64,000 nucleotides of DNA from Catajapyx aquilonaris (taxonomy: Eukaryota). The notes below the pieces were generated by a model. That model did no database searches and was not told the DNA's origin. It was given only the letters and a program-made list of their open reading frames with translations. The translations under genes and the position numbers were made by a program. Of this stretch, positions 48,916 through 63,069 are shown piece by piece (the first letter of the stretch is position 1; each line of letters begins with the position of its first letter). The stretch covers positions 1 through 64,000 of the forward strand of contig KZ538817.1 of NCBI GenBank assembly GCA_000934665.2, given 5' to 3'.

Positions 48916-51900
48916 ACTCGCGAAAACCCTGCATACAGTATCGTGGATGTATACTGTACAAGAGAAATCCACTAACAAGTTCAGTATTGTCGGTTTTGAG
49001 TTGCATCACCAAATAGAATTTTTTCTATAATAATGCCTGGTGTTTCGTCCTCGAGATTTATAATGAGCCAAAAGCCAGGATTTGCCGTTTTCACTAACAT
49101 GTAAGTATATAAGCCAGTGCAAGGTCAAATTTTTGCTTCGGATTGTCTCGAAACTGGTCGTTTGGATTTTCTCACGTGTACCAAATATATGACGGCAATG
49201 TAACCTGATAAAAATTGCACAATTCAAGCCCTAATTTTCATCTGAAAGCAGCGAAAAACCACGTTAATTTTTATTTCAAGAATAACTTCCACTAAAATAC
49301 CACGCGTATTATTTTGGCCCACATTTTGCCACAGCACACCAAAACGAATGCTATACACACTGTGTCACCTCCAGGGACCAGGCCCTTCGTGACCCTAGAG
49401 ACAACATGTCCATGCACATGTGAAATATTGATACCGCTCTATATGAACCGCACCGCGCCAAATTATCGACAGCCCAATACAATGTTCCAATTATATAATT
49501 AGGTTTAGTCGGGATGGTGGGGTTACCCGTTCTTGTGTTTCTCTTTCGGATGGGGGTAAAGCCCACGCGCATGTCTCATCTGCTGGATCCACTATCGCCA
49601 CCTTCCCAATTGGTGCCTGGCATTATCACATAAAACCCCAGACAGGCACCTGCTCCAAGTTTCAGCAGTCGAGAAGGCGGGGGAGGGAGAAGCGGGGAGG
49701 AATAAGAGAAGGGGAGCAGAAATACCACTTTCTTCCTCTTTTTTTTTCTTCCTTCTCTCCCCCCCTTCTCCTCCTCCCCCTTTCGCTTTTCTTCTTCAGC
49801 CACTTGTGAAACTGGTGTTCACATTCAAATGCCCTTCCTTATCCGGGTCCCACGTGGAATAGTGTAATATTAATCGATGGATGCTCGCGTCAACTTGGGA
49901 ATTCCGGGGGAACTTTTTGCATTTGAAATATCCGAACCTAATTCAGGCCGGGATGTAAATTATCGGAGTTTTGCATTGAATATGGGCCACTAGGCTCAGG
50001 AAGAAAGCTACGCCAATAGCGTTTGAACCGGGTGCATTATTAGCCAAAGTCTCCTATGAATAATGCCCGAGATTAGCCTTGCTCACACAATCACCATCTA
50101 AATATCCCGAAGAGTTCCTCCGAGAATCCGAATCGAAATTTCGCCGGCGTAAATTTGCCTTTCCATTTTCCCGGGGAAGATATGAAATTCTTTAAATTTC
50201 TTCCCGTTCGTAATTGGAGCAGGCAGCTGCCTATTAGGCCTGGACCCTGGTGAAAAGGAGCGAAGGAGGGCCTTGGGAGGAGGGAAGGAGAAAGGATAGC
50301 AGCTGAGGATTGCTCTCGGAGAGATAGTCTAGCCCTATGCGAGATTGGAGTTGTGTATAGGCCTGCTGTCCTTCGCCTGTGAATATATATAGGCAGCACG
50401 CAGACTATATGTATGCGCACGTTTGAATTATCGCTGCTTCCTCGATCGCCTCCAATGAATTCATGTCATGAAAAGTAATAAATCCGCAGCTATTCGATTC
50501 TGTCGCGCAAGAAAATCACGCGGCCGATTCATATCTCCTCGCGTGCCATAACCCGGGAATAATACAGGGACTGAATCACAATGAATTTGCCACCCACCAA
50601 ATCGAAAGTGTCAATCGCAATCTGAGGAACCTCGAATACTTGGCATCCCCACCTTTGTGCGTAAAAATGCGACACTGCATTTTATACACATCCTGGTGCG
50701 TATGATTAAAGTGCATTATTTTGCTAAGTGTAACTTTACACGCACTGAATATTCAAATGGTGTCAAATATACACAGATATGCGTTGATCATTCGCTGTAC
50801 CCAGGAAATAAAATTATTTACAATTGCGAATTTATTTTTTAGAATGGCGAATAAATTCGCCATTGTAAATAAATTCACACTGCATCACCTTTATTTACCT
50901 ATCCGAATGCGACGCAGTAAATATTTTCTGCATTTGGTATTATTGTTAATGAACGAGTGTAATGATCCAAATATCATGTTTTAAGTGACACTCTGGGGGA
51001 CTAAAAGGTTCGGGAGCTCCCTGCCTGAAAACGCTGATGATCATGAGGCAGTACTTGCAGGCTATTTCTCACGGGTGGCGATTAATCCAAGTGCGAGGAT
51101 GCCGTTTTCCCCTGGAAAACCCCACCCATAAAGGGGGGGTTTCCCATGATTGATTTAAAGAATGCAGGTGCAGCCGCTTAACGACAATGTCGCGGGCAAA
51201 TGCCCTGGATCTGCCGGCTCTAATCTGGCGGCGGACATGGCTGTCTTTTGCGATGGTGGCGAACCCCCGACGCTGCCATTACACCCTCCCCCTCCTCTAA
51301 TTGTTAGAGCAACCGGGAGATTAGCGGACTTGCTTTTGGGTAAACCTGAAATATGACTTGAAATTCCGCCGCCGGCAAGGCAGCAGTCCTGGGGCTCATG
51401 ACGCATGGCCGGGATTAGCCACTCTTTCATGCACTACACTTTGCGTCCGGGTTCTCTCTCTCGCGCTACATTATAATCATCAACAGGGCGACATATTGGT
51501 GCGAGCCCGGAACTGGTCATAATTACATCCAGGGTGGTGTACTGTGGACGCCAGGAAGTTGTGGGCTGCTTCTGGGCACTTGAGGTCCTCGTGTTGGGCT
51601 TCTCGAGAAACTGCTGGGGAAGAGTTCGTGCCGGCGGGCGATTAATCAGAAGCTGTCAAGACCAAAACAATGTAATCATCCCTTCTTAGTGTTAATGTCA
51701 CTGCCAATGTTGGGACGAGAGGTTTGGTAGAGTCTCGTATAAGAAATGAATATTGGACAGGAGTCGTCCTGAGATGACCATGCTGCTTATTTGTGCCACC
51801 TGTTGGAGTACGTAGTGTATTTAGTGTTACCTCTTCTGTATATCAATATCGTGATGACTACTTGCCAGATTTTGATACTTTGGGAAGAGAAAAACTCATA

Positions 51901-54900
51901 GTAGCCAATGGCAGACGGTCATCATTGGCAGCGTGCCGACAAGGTTGACTGCAAAGGTGTCTCCTAAAACCGTTACTTTGATGTGATACCGGTGAGTGAG
52001 CATAATATGGATGAAACCACAGCCTCTTCTTACAGGGACAGAGAGATAACTACTATCATGAGCTTCACTCATTTGATAGCTGAATAATGCATCTTGGTGG
52101 TTTACGCAAGGAAGGGGGAGATTACGCATGGCTCGGCGGCCTTCCGATTCATGACTCCCCCGCCATCCGCCATTTTTGAGTCCGCATGGCTGAAGCTAGA
52201 CCTGTGACATCCCGGTATGGCGCCGTATTTGAACTGCTTGCTTGATATACAGGCGGCAGCAGCAAGTCTTGTGTGTTCCGTCGTCATCTCGGCTCGGCAC
52301 GCGGGGACAAAAGCGAAGGGGGGNNNGGGGGGCGAGTAAGGTTTGAGCAAGGCGGTCAACTCTTTCATCTTTGATGCGTGCAGTGATTCAAGGGGAAAGA
52401 GGCTTGTGCTTTCCCCTTGCTGATCCCCTTTGCATGCTTAGTTACCCCATGATCCAGAATGGAGGCAAGGAAGGGAACATGAAAGTGTTTCCCTTCCGCC
52501 CAGCTGCTTCAACAGGTCTGTTAATGACGTGCTAACAACCTCCTTGACAGGTGCGAGCCTGGTCTTACGCTTATTATTAATTCAGTTTGTCGTAGTCAGT
52601 AACGCCAGCTAATCAACTTTCACAGGCGTTTTCTCAAAGACGGGCAATATATTTTGAAATAACCCTTGTCGAGGAACTGGGTATTTACCGAGTAGGGTGA
52701 ACCAAGCAAGATAAAACGACCATCAACATCAGGTGGCACAGTCAAAGCCTTGCCCTCGTGGTTGCTCTCATAAAACCTGACCCATTATGACGGAAAGGTG
52801 AGCTGCCAAATGGCCGGGCTGTTTTGCGGCGCCAGAGCCCAAGACCCTCATTACTGCCCAGGAAGTGTTATTCATGCCAAAGAGGCGCGGTGATGGCTAG
52901 TGCCAGGGGTGGCATCAGGCGTGCCCGAAAAGGTCAAGCCCAGTAGTGGTGTCGAGAGGAATTCACATGAGGTGAAAAGTGTCCATGGCAAGACCTCCGC
53001 GATCCTCCTACAGTATATAGTGTTATCGTGGCACAAGTTTTGTGTGATTCAAGCTGCCTCTATGCTGCTAATTGGTATCCTAATAAACAAGGAGTTAAGT
53101 TAGTTTCTGAGAGACGGATGGATGAGGAACTTGGCCCCAACTTGGTAATCCGAAGAGGGTCAACACGTGGGCTGGTGTTATCTTTTCCAACAAAGTTGTC
53201 AAGTCATCATTTGGGATGATGGCAACCAGTTTGGAAATTTCGGCAAAACGAATAATAAGCCAATCCCCCCCTCAGCTCCTGTTATTCTCTTATTTTGATT
53301 GGCTGCCAAAGGCAACGAAGTCCCCGCACTAGCGATGGTTATTGTACATTAATCGAAATGGAATAAGAAACACATCGCCGGACTGCCGATGCCCCGAAAT
53401 CACTTGAGCTAATCCTGCTTTCGGAACAGCCCTTCAACAACAGGAATTGAATATGAACAATGAGTTAATTCGTTTTGTCCCACTTTTGGCGCAAATTGAT
53501 TCAGATGAGTAGGTAGCAGGTTGTGGGAAATGATCGCAATGGGCACGGGTATAGTTGTCTCCTCCCAAGCGGCAGGATTTCTTAGGATGAGAATGGATTC
53601 CTACCGATTCCTTCTCTCCTCACCCTATTCCCTGAAAACACAGGAGGGATTTTGGTGGGATGTAAGTAGGCGGGACGGGCGTATGTGCCGCTCGGAATTC
53701 AATAACGAGCAGGTGCCGCTGGAAACCCCCCACAACCACCCACCTAACCCACCCACCCCTCACACTTGTCATCCCAGTAATGAAATCTCCAAAAGCTTCT
53801 CTTCCGGGGATCCTGCGAAAATCATAGTTGGCGATAGGGGACAAAACTTGGCAATACTTTCCCGGGTCCCCTGGCAATTAAAACCCATTTCACAGTTCCA
53901 TATTTTCTTTGCATTTTGAAATGATAATTCAGGCAATTTGGGGGCTCCTATTAGATTTCTCCCAGTTTCCATGGCAACGCCCGTCCCCAGACGCTCTTCC
54001 CCGTGTGCCATTCTCTGGATGTGATTAATGCTGGGGTCCCCGGAGGACGAGCGGCCTTCTGGGCCACGAAGGCAAGGTTTTCAAACGCAACTTCACAGCA
54101 AATTCGAATAAATTTATGAGGCGGGGAGCAGCGCAGGAGCGGGGGAAAGGGCCGCCATCGATCCTGGGGATGCAGTGGCTTCCGCAACACAAAGAAAATA
54201 TTCTAATTAACATTCCTTGTCAATTCGCCGTCTCCCTTGGCACAAATTCCCCCAACCCCTTGCTTTTCCCCCATTCGCGTCTCTACTTCCCCCCTTTCCT
54301 CTCTCATTTATTCCGCCTTGCTTGGGCTCGTGTGAAGACGTGGCTACGACTATGGAAGTAAGCAAGGGGTTGTGGTCTTGCGCTCGGAAATCCCTGGATT
54401 ATTTTGGGGGTGGTCCTAGTGGCAAAGGACAACTCAGCGTGTCCCTTAAATGCAGGCAAACCCTTGCCATTTTTTTTTCTGGGTGAAGATTCCTAAGGCG
54501 TTGGCGCGCATTTCCGGACGAGATGAGCTCGGAAAGCGCCAGGGGGAAAAGGAAGAAGGTCCCCCTCCCATGTTCCGGGGACCTACTCCCCCGAGGGGGG
54601 ACTTGGTGGGCCGGCTGCAGTCAAACGGCCCGGATGATTAATGGCGATGAGCAGTGTTACATCACTTGACGCGCGAAGTAACTTCGGGGCCCGCATCTCC
54701 CTTCGAGAAACTCCGAGTTTTTTTTTCTCCGCCTAGAATGACTTGGCAGGATATGCTTGTTTCCAGGAGGAAATGAGCCAAAGTCGATTGGGACGTGACG
54801 AACCATTTTGTTCGGTAATACACTCTTAGCACGTATCACTTAGAGCCAATAAAGTAAGGGCAATATCTGATCAGACAGCTATGCCAGGCGTCCTATATGT

Positions 54901-55021
54901 ACGACACTTGTACAGTGCATTTGCACATAAAAATATTTAAAATTTTTAACGAAAAATAATTTAGGCATTTGGGTTAATTAGAACCCTTAGTAAGCGGGAA
55001 ATTGAGCGGAATAATGTAATA

Positions 55022-55110
55022 TTTAGATAGAAAAGTGCTGAATTCTTTCCACTGGTTTAGGTGGAAAAGTACTGAGTTATTTCCACTTGTTTAGGCGGAA
55101 ATCGACTGAG
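55022..55110. repeat. 34-bp degenerate tandem repeat, about 2.6 copies
   Basis: Units start at 55022, 55056 and 55090 (tttaggtggaaaagtactgagttatttccacttg-like) with an internal tttccac/gtggaaa dyad. Confidence 0.7.
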
Positions 55111-58100
55111 AGTGTAGTGACTCGTGTCTCAAAGGCCCTTTGCAACACCCACCGCCCCCCATTATCGTAAATGAAGGCTGCTTTTTCCTTGATGTGTGTG
55201 CGCCTATGTCTATCTGCTCACAATCATGATAATAGTTGATGTTGGCTCTATTTGCACCGGACAACGCCTCTGTCCCATCTTAATTAGGCGGAGATGCCGC
55301 AAGATTACTTGACACTCGGCAAATTACAGCCAAGGTTAATTTGAGTTATGCATCACTCCCCCAGTAATAATCATATGGCAGGATGCTAGTGTTGGCCATA
55401 ATTAGGCGTTGGCAGGAACCTGCCAACACGTGTATTGTTGCCTTACAGATTTTTTCGCTGAAAAAAAAAACTGTTTTTGCTCCGAGCTAGAAACATCGTT
55501 CAAGGAAGCTTGCATCCTGTTTTATGCAGCCAGAGAAGAATATACGGCCAAAAGCTAATGAATGATCTCGGGAGCTCTTGCACCAGACTGTATTAGGCTC
55601 TGCCTGGAAGGGCTTCATAAAAGAATTGACAGATACTCTCTCTCTTTACTTTGAGGCGCAACAAGAATTCAATATAGCGCCAGGAAATGGTGTAAATGAG
55701 TTGAGAGAAAAGCAAGTGCAGCAGCAGCAGCTAGGGGAAAAGGCTGTTTGAATGTTTCAAATTGACTCGATGGAGGAGGGAAGCTGCAGCATGAAAGAAA
55801 CTTATCTTGCTAATGAGCATTGCTGGGAGGAGCTGGGGAAGACAATGCCGGGAGATTGGCAGGAACAAATTTGGACAGGTTTTCTAGACGATGCGTGAGA
55901 TTTAATTATGGGTATTTAGACAGGATGTGGTTCAACAAAAGGCATTTTTGTGGCGAATCTGAGGGAAACTGATTATGCGGTTTTTTGTTTTTTTTTTGCA
56001 TTGTTTTTTTTTTGGGGGGGGGGTGGGAAAGGGGAGGGGTAATATTAGTTTCTCTAAGTTGATTTAGCTCACATTGCATTGCTGTCACATTTTGTTTCAT
56101 TTTCTTGTAAGAGGCGCTCTTTTCCTCCTCCATGGTCTCCATTGTGGTCAGGTCATTCCTTGGGCCGGTGTCTTGGTCCCGATCAAAGAGATGGCCAGAT
56201 TTAAAGCGCCGACCGGCAGTCGCCTCATTCAGGTATCGATCCCCGGTGCGCCAGGATGCCTGCCATGCGAGGCCTCATTTGGAAACGGGGCTCTTAATGT
56301 CGTCCGCGGGGGGTTGGAGCCCTCTCCTGCCGGAGGAAAGTTCGTAAATAAGGAATTGGCAACACTTGGCCCGGAGCCAGCCCTCAATCCGACTGTTATT
56401 GCAAGTTTAATTACTTTATTTCCTCTGATCACTTTTCCCTCATTGCAATGATGGGGGTCGGGTGTACTTCGGACCGGAGTTTGTCAGCCTGCATCACTCA
56501 GGAGGGGGATGGAGCAGTCCTAACCCGGTCTCGTCTTCATCATTCTTCAAGCAGCTTCTCTCCTAGGAATTTTGTAGCTCTTAGTCACCCGGTGAACTCG
56601 TTTCTTTTCTTGCTGCTTAACAAAGGCGTGCCAGCCGCCTCCATTTTTTTTAGGCTCCCAAGGTACATTCAGATCCGATGGGGACCTGTTCCCATGAGGA
56701 CATTTGCATACGGAACCTACTTGAAGATGGTAGGTCAATACCGGTCACTTGTTCAATTTCTTGCTAGGTTAACTTCAAAAGAGCAGACCCAAGATGTGGC
56801 TTCACACGTCTTTTTGACAAACTTTTTTTTTTGGTCCGCCCTTGAATCGCGTTTGTTATTCCAAGCCCAACAAGCAATCCGATTAAATCCTGGGAGGGGA
56901 CTGGGAGGGAAGAGCAAACAAGGGGTTCTGAGGAAAGGTGGGGACCGACTGCCTCGTGGCTGTCCATCGTCCTTGGCCAAAGTCGTGTAATTCGTCAGGG
57001 TGTAGGGGACAATGGAGGTGGTTCAGACTAATACTCGTAATCGAAACCGTTGTTCACCGGAACCAATTCTCTCTCTCTCTTTTTTGGAGTAAGTGTCAGC
57101 AAAAACTGGACCGGTGGATATACAGTGGATATTGTTCTTCTTTGCTACATATAGGCGTCGAAACTCACCTGATCTTCCTCCCCCGGCGCACTTGCCTGCG
57201 GCTAAGACAGCGCCAACGCAAACCCTTTCAACTCTTGAATACCATCAAAACTTGATTGAGACGTGTATCTAATTCCGCACTAGCTTTACTACGGGATTCT
57301 ATAGAGGGAACCCAAGAGGTTTCAACTTCTACAGCTGTTTGTTTAGTGAAATTACAGGACTTGCTTTCGTGCCTTGGTTTTCATTTCACTAAAATACAGG
57401 AAATCCTCCTCCTCTCTTTGCTAAGCAGTAATGAACAGCAATCAATTACTCCAGCGCTGGAGAGACAGCAAGCCGGTTCCTTGATAGCCTCCGCTGCAAC
57501 TTATTTGTCTCTTCAGGGGAACGGGAGGGGGAGGCGGGAGAGGTGGGAGGTTTCTGTGCTTGGGTCTCAAGTGATTTAGCCATGTTCCATAGCGAGCGAG
57601 AAGAGGAGACGGTGCGAGAGGCCGTACTTGGCGCATTATTGTATTAAAGTTGGAGAGCTGGGAGGGACTGGCAATTCGAACCTGGTGCGAAAAAGAACTG
57701 GGGAGGGGGGAATAGGGGAGAGGCGGGGGAGCGACACTAGTGATATTCCGATAGTTATCTGGGACAAAAGAGGAAGCTGCGCCTGCGTCGTGGACAGTGC
57801 TGGGACACCACCTGAATGGACATTGTTGGACAGTGACGTTAAGATAAAGTGCGCGGAGCTGCTAATCAAATCGCAACTTGTCCACTACATTAATATCGAT
57901 GCCCAGGACTTAATTGGTTGTCAAATCGATGTATAGAATTATTCGTATGACCTATGCCCTACAATAGGTGTTTATTGACCATTTCACACGAAGACCTCGT
58001 ACCTAAAGCATCGTCACATACAATTACATCAGAGCTCATCGATATATCCACAAAATCGATTCCGTGATACACATGTGGTGACGTCCGTCCGAAGCAGGTT

Positions 58101-58613
58101 CAGGCAGACTCCGAAGCGTGGAGCCATGCACCATCTCCTTATCGAGTCCAAACTGCGATTGTTATTAACAATGCCCGTCCAGTACTCCGGGCCGTTCCCG
58201 ACGGACCCTCCGGAAAGTAGTGCTTCCTCAGGAAAGTTTCGCAGGAGGGGGGAGGGGGAGACAAGAAAACCTTAGAAGTTGCCCTATACAAGCGTGGGTG
58301 GAGACAATGGAAGATGGCTGCGATGTCCCCAAGCGCACCCAAGGCCCAATAGACCTGGATGTCCCCCGCGCTCCGCTGCCTCCCTCCCGACAGACTCCCC
58401 ACCTTTCCCCCCCTACGATGCGAAAAAAAAGAAAAAAAAACTTCTCTTCCGCAGCCCCGGATTCCCTAAGGAACCCCATTCTTTTCCGGAGCAGCCCAGG
58501 CAAGCCCCAAGAGAGCCGAACTAATCAGAGTTTGCGCAGACACGACCTCGCGTTGTGACAGCCTAGGGAAGGCGGGCAGGGGGAGGGCAGGGTAGGGTAT
58601 TTGGGGACCGGTG

Positions 58614-58641
58614 TCCCTCGGGAGAACCCGCTCCCTCGGGA
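58614..58641. promoter_or_regulatory. Two perfect EBF/Collier-type palindromic sites (TCCCNNGGGA) in the Oaz-like intron 3
   Basis: TCCCTCGGGA at 58614-58623 and 58632-58641. Motif match only; function inferred. Confidence 0.45.
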
Positions 58642-61600
58642 CTCTCCCTAATGTATGAGTTCAGGTGCGGATGGGTATTATTACCCGCCTTTATCAGCGG
58701 GCGCTACGCTCGCCACGTCGGCCTCCCCTATCCCCTTGATTAATCCGGGGGGCTCCCGGGCTCTAACGCGCCTCAATTCCCCAGGTAAAAAGCATCCTCC
58801 TGCTGGCTGGAAGATGCCTCTTTGTCTGCCCACTCAAATCATCGCTGGATTCACCTTTTGGGGAAGGGGGGGACGAAACTTTTTTTTTCTTGGGAAAGGT
58901 GTCAAAATTGTCACTGTGTTCTGGCAGCAAAGTTGTCTCGCGGATTAGGAGTCGATATGTCAGGATTGGAATGAAATTGGTGGACAGGTGAGAGGTGGCT
59001 GGATCTATAGGATTGAATTTTTTAAAGGGTTTGATTGCAGGACCTCCAAATAGGCATTGGTGTTCATAATTTTGCAAGTACTTGCAAATGTGGTAAATAT
59101 CTGCAACCCAGCAGTGTTGTAAAACTGGCTTGTAAATAATGATAACCCTGCAAGTTATGCAAGCCCTTGGCGTTTGCACATTCTTTTACTAGGTGTGGAC
59201 CGCAAATAATTTTTTACCACAGGCCCATACGTATACGTATATGTATGTGCTCAGTGCCATTGATGATCTTAGCCGGGGTGGAATTTTCGTCCAACTGCTA
59301 GTTACTGCTAAGTTAGCAGTGGCTGACCCTGTATGATTATCTGCGTGTCAAAAGTATGGGTCAATTTATTTGCGGTTGTTATCGACATTTTTGTACCCCC
59401 CGTACATACCCAGCCGCAAAATCAACTTTGGGTGTACCCCATCTTTTATTACTCTGGGAGAGTAAATCTGCCTCTGCCGCACACCGGACTCGGCCTAATA
59501 ACGTTATTCAGTTCTCTCCCCGGGTTCTCCCAGCATGTAAAAAGCTGCATTAAATTGAAGCCGACGACTGCATTTAGCTCCCATTAATAACCGGAGGAAT
59601 TTCGCCATGGCGATTCCGCCATCCCGAGCTGACGCTTTGAAACCGCAAGACAAATGAATTCTTTTAATCTTATTATTGCGGGGGCCGCTACATTAGGCTC
59701 CATTATGTTGGTGACACATGTCCGGCCCGGATGTTTACCAGGTGATCGCAGCCTGGATGTGTGATAGTATATGGAGATGGAGGACAAGATCGTTACCCAG
59801 ATAGCACCAAGTAGCCCTGATGCTGGTGTTGGAGCTGGGCGGAGGAAAAATGGGGCTCCGGCGCGCTGAGCTGAATAAATATTAAAACAAAGCACCTAAT
59901 GTGTTGGTCGTTTGTCGGCAGCGAGCAGGCACCCATAGATTTGCGTCCGTTCAAATGGAAATGCTGCTCGGCTTAACCTTGCGCCCGGGATTATAATGTA
60001 ACAAAAGCATCAGTGCAGCCTCGGCTCGGGCTCGGGGGTTTATACACTGCAACTTGTTGCCAAATATGCGGGGAGAAAATATACTGCGAGTTTTTAGGGG
60101 GATGAAAGATGGCTGGCGTTACGTAACGACGTGACGCGTCAATCCGGCCGGACCGGTGGGACGGGCCGGCCGGTGGGACAGGAGGGGGTGAATTTTGTTT
60201 CATATTTTTGGAAGGCACACAAAGGCATATATTATGCACTGTTGAATATACACGAGTATTGGAACAGATGCAAAAACCTGTTTTTGTACACAGCCGCACA
60301 ATTCCTTAAGCCCTCTCACATTTGTAATGCAGCAATTTGATTCGCTGTCATCAGGTTTTTGGTCCGCCCATTTTACCAATGGAAAATATAAGCTTTGGCA
60401 GTGAAACATTAAAATTCAATCGGGTATTACGCGACGAATTTCAATAATTCCAGTTATATTGTACTCCCAATGGCCCCGTAAAGCGATTAACATATACAAT
60501 AGGTCTTTTGGGCGAACCCAGCGCATTGCGACGTGGGGTACACAGCACCACCAAACCCCGGGCCTGCATATCGGCGTGAAGAAAATTACACGCAAAAAAA
60601 AAAGGTGCGAAACGATGGCGCTGATTTGGCCCGAGACTCAAGTAAAGTAATCGAGCTCTTGTTTTATTTATGAAACTGCGTTGCAACCACGACCGAGTCT
60701 TTCCGTTTTCACCTGCTGGTGAGTTTTTTTTTTTTGTCTTTTTTTTGTTTTGAGCACGCGGACACTGTTACACGCGATTCCCAGGCCAATACTTGATCTC
60801 ATTCACGCACACGAGTCGGCTTTCATGATTACCACAGAAACTACATAGTTTGCATAATATGTATTCAAGGGGAAGATGCAGATATGATCATATCTCCATG
60901 GATGTCCATTCAATTTGAAGTCGAATGACACTAGGATCAGCTGGGGGATGGTAGTATACACGCAGGTTTACTAGCATGAAACAGTGTATAAGTAGCTTTT
61001 GGTTAATTGCTCAAAGATTGTGCTGTCTCTAAGATATTGTCATGTTTTTGAGAGTTCGTTACACACAACGCTGGAAAATTTCAGTCCAATATGGACCCAC
61101 TTGGCTATTTGTAAATTATTATTTGATGGCACCTACAACGTATCACATAATTAAAATAAGGTAATATACATTTTGCAACATGGTTAATAACCAGCCAGTG
61201 AAGGAGGAAATAATAATGTCTCACCATGTCACGTCCCCCTGTCGACTCAGCCTCTTTCCATCTCTCGTTACCAAGCAACAGGCCTACCGGTCTGGTACAC
61301 ATTGGATGCACACAAGTTCATTATTCATTGGAATCACACTGGGTATACACGCTGCGTATATGCTGCGTATTGACATTGCGTATAGTACTCATTCCTTAAT
61401 ATGACTATAGTGCCGAAATGTTATCATGGCCAGAATTGTCAAAGATCATATGGACCGATGGTGCAAGGTTGTCGGTGAAAAAAAATAATAACGAATTCAT
61501 TGACGTATTGAGCACTTTCAAGTTAATGAATCCTTAATTAGTTCATAACTTTAAAAATGGGTGAAAAGCAGTGTAGAGACAGAGAATAATTGTGAGCCCT

Positions 61601-62920
61601 TTTCCGGAACACTCTTTGTCATTATAGCAGCCTTTAGCGAAGCGCCCTGTTAGCGGTTGCGGTGTGCGAGAGTTTCATTTGTCGAGTGCACTGTACACGG
61701 ATTGATTGGCAAGTGGGCAACGAGGAAAACAAACAAGCATTCATTAATCACGAACCACTGATGGTTATTTGTAATATTGCTATTTATCACCCTTGGAGTA
61801 GGATGCGAAGGGTGCAATTTGCCAGCGCAGGCAGGGGTCAGGCTGCCGACAAATATGAAACGCGATGCATGTATGAGCTCGCATGTTGCACACATCATGT
61901 GTGTGATTGTGATGATGCAGCAATCTTTCAACAACCGCCCCCGATCTGATGTCATCGCGTCCGACTCCCGGCATGTAAAAACACAGGTTTAGATTGTCAC
62001 GCCCAATGTCATGGCGATGTTCATTTGATACAAACGATGCTCGTAATGACAGGATCCACTTGACCTGCTCACTCATTGTGTCACTTTGACGTAGGTCCTG
62101 GTCAGTTGCGGAGAGCTGGACCAACAAACATGTTTATTAACTGAACTGCTGCGGAAGGGAATTAGCCGCTTGACAATAAAGGACATCTGCATAATTTGTA
62201 ATTTAATCCCTAGTGGTAATTTAATCATCGGTTCAGTCGGGGTTGCAAAAAATAATACCACTCTTTGGGCCCCTTCTGAACCAAAAACTCAGATATTCAT
62301 TTCGGCTTTTAAAATATGACACATTTTCTGTGAAGATTACAAGGCAGGGTTTGCTGTGTAGGCACTTGACTATTTTGCTGATATTCTTCACATTTGAAGA
62401 CTTTCTTTACCAATACATTTTTAGTGTGCATCGGGTCGTTTAAAAAAAAAAAATAAGAAAAAATCAGTCTGGTGCCCGCATAAAGAATGCGGGCTTGAGA
62501 ATCCGGCGGGTCATCGAACGGAGGCAATCCTGATGAGGGTGTAGAAATGGTCTATAATACCAAAAGTTTTGCGGCAACCTAGTAAAAAAAAGTAGAGGTG
62601 AAGTTTAGGGATGGAAGGAGTGGCAGGAATGCGAGTCGGGATAGAAGAGAAGAAGGGCTGTCGGACCCTCAGGCCAAGAGTGAAAAAGAGAGATGGCTTC
62701 TTCTTTTTTTTTCCTCTCCACCCACCCACCCCCCTTTTTTGGTAAGAAAGAGGACCCGTGTGCCATGCAAGTGGCCGTTTTGCCCCCGCGACCAAAAACT
62801 CCTCATCGAATGCCCACCGGCTGCCCAATGATGCTTGCATCGTGGGGGCTAGAGAAATCCAGCACCATGGGGAAGAATCCTCCACACACGGAACAAAGTT
62901 TTGGCGCAAAGTCTATCTAG

Positions 62921-63069
62921 NNNNNNNNNNNNNNNNNNNNNNNNNNNNNNNNNNNNNNNNNNNNNNNNNNNNNNNNNNNNNNNNNNNNNNNNNNNNNNNN
63001 NNNNNNNNNNNNNNNNNNNNNNNNNNNNNNNNNNNNNNNNNNNNNNNNNNNNNNNNNNNNNNNNNNNNN
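62921..63069. other. Assembly gap (149 N) followed by a poly-G tract
   Basis: N run; G-rich 63070-63108. Smaller Ns at 33515 and 52324-52326 also sit in G runs. Confidence 0.99.

Noticed and set aside
49770..49870. Strong polypyrimidine tract plus CAG as a candidate Oaz exon 4 acceptor
   Set aside because: The phase-1 frame hits TAA within about 22 codons, with no good donor and no zinc-finger similarity.
55022..55110. CRISPR-like array
   Set aside because: Eukaryotic context, adjacent units without unique spacers, no cas genes.
56448..56990. 180-aa ORF
   Set aside because: No motif, atypical composition, no supporting exon structure.
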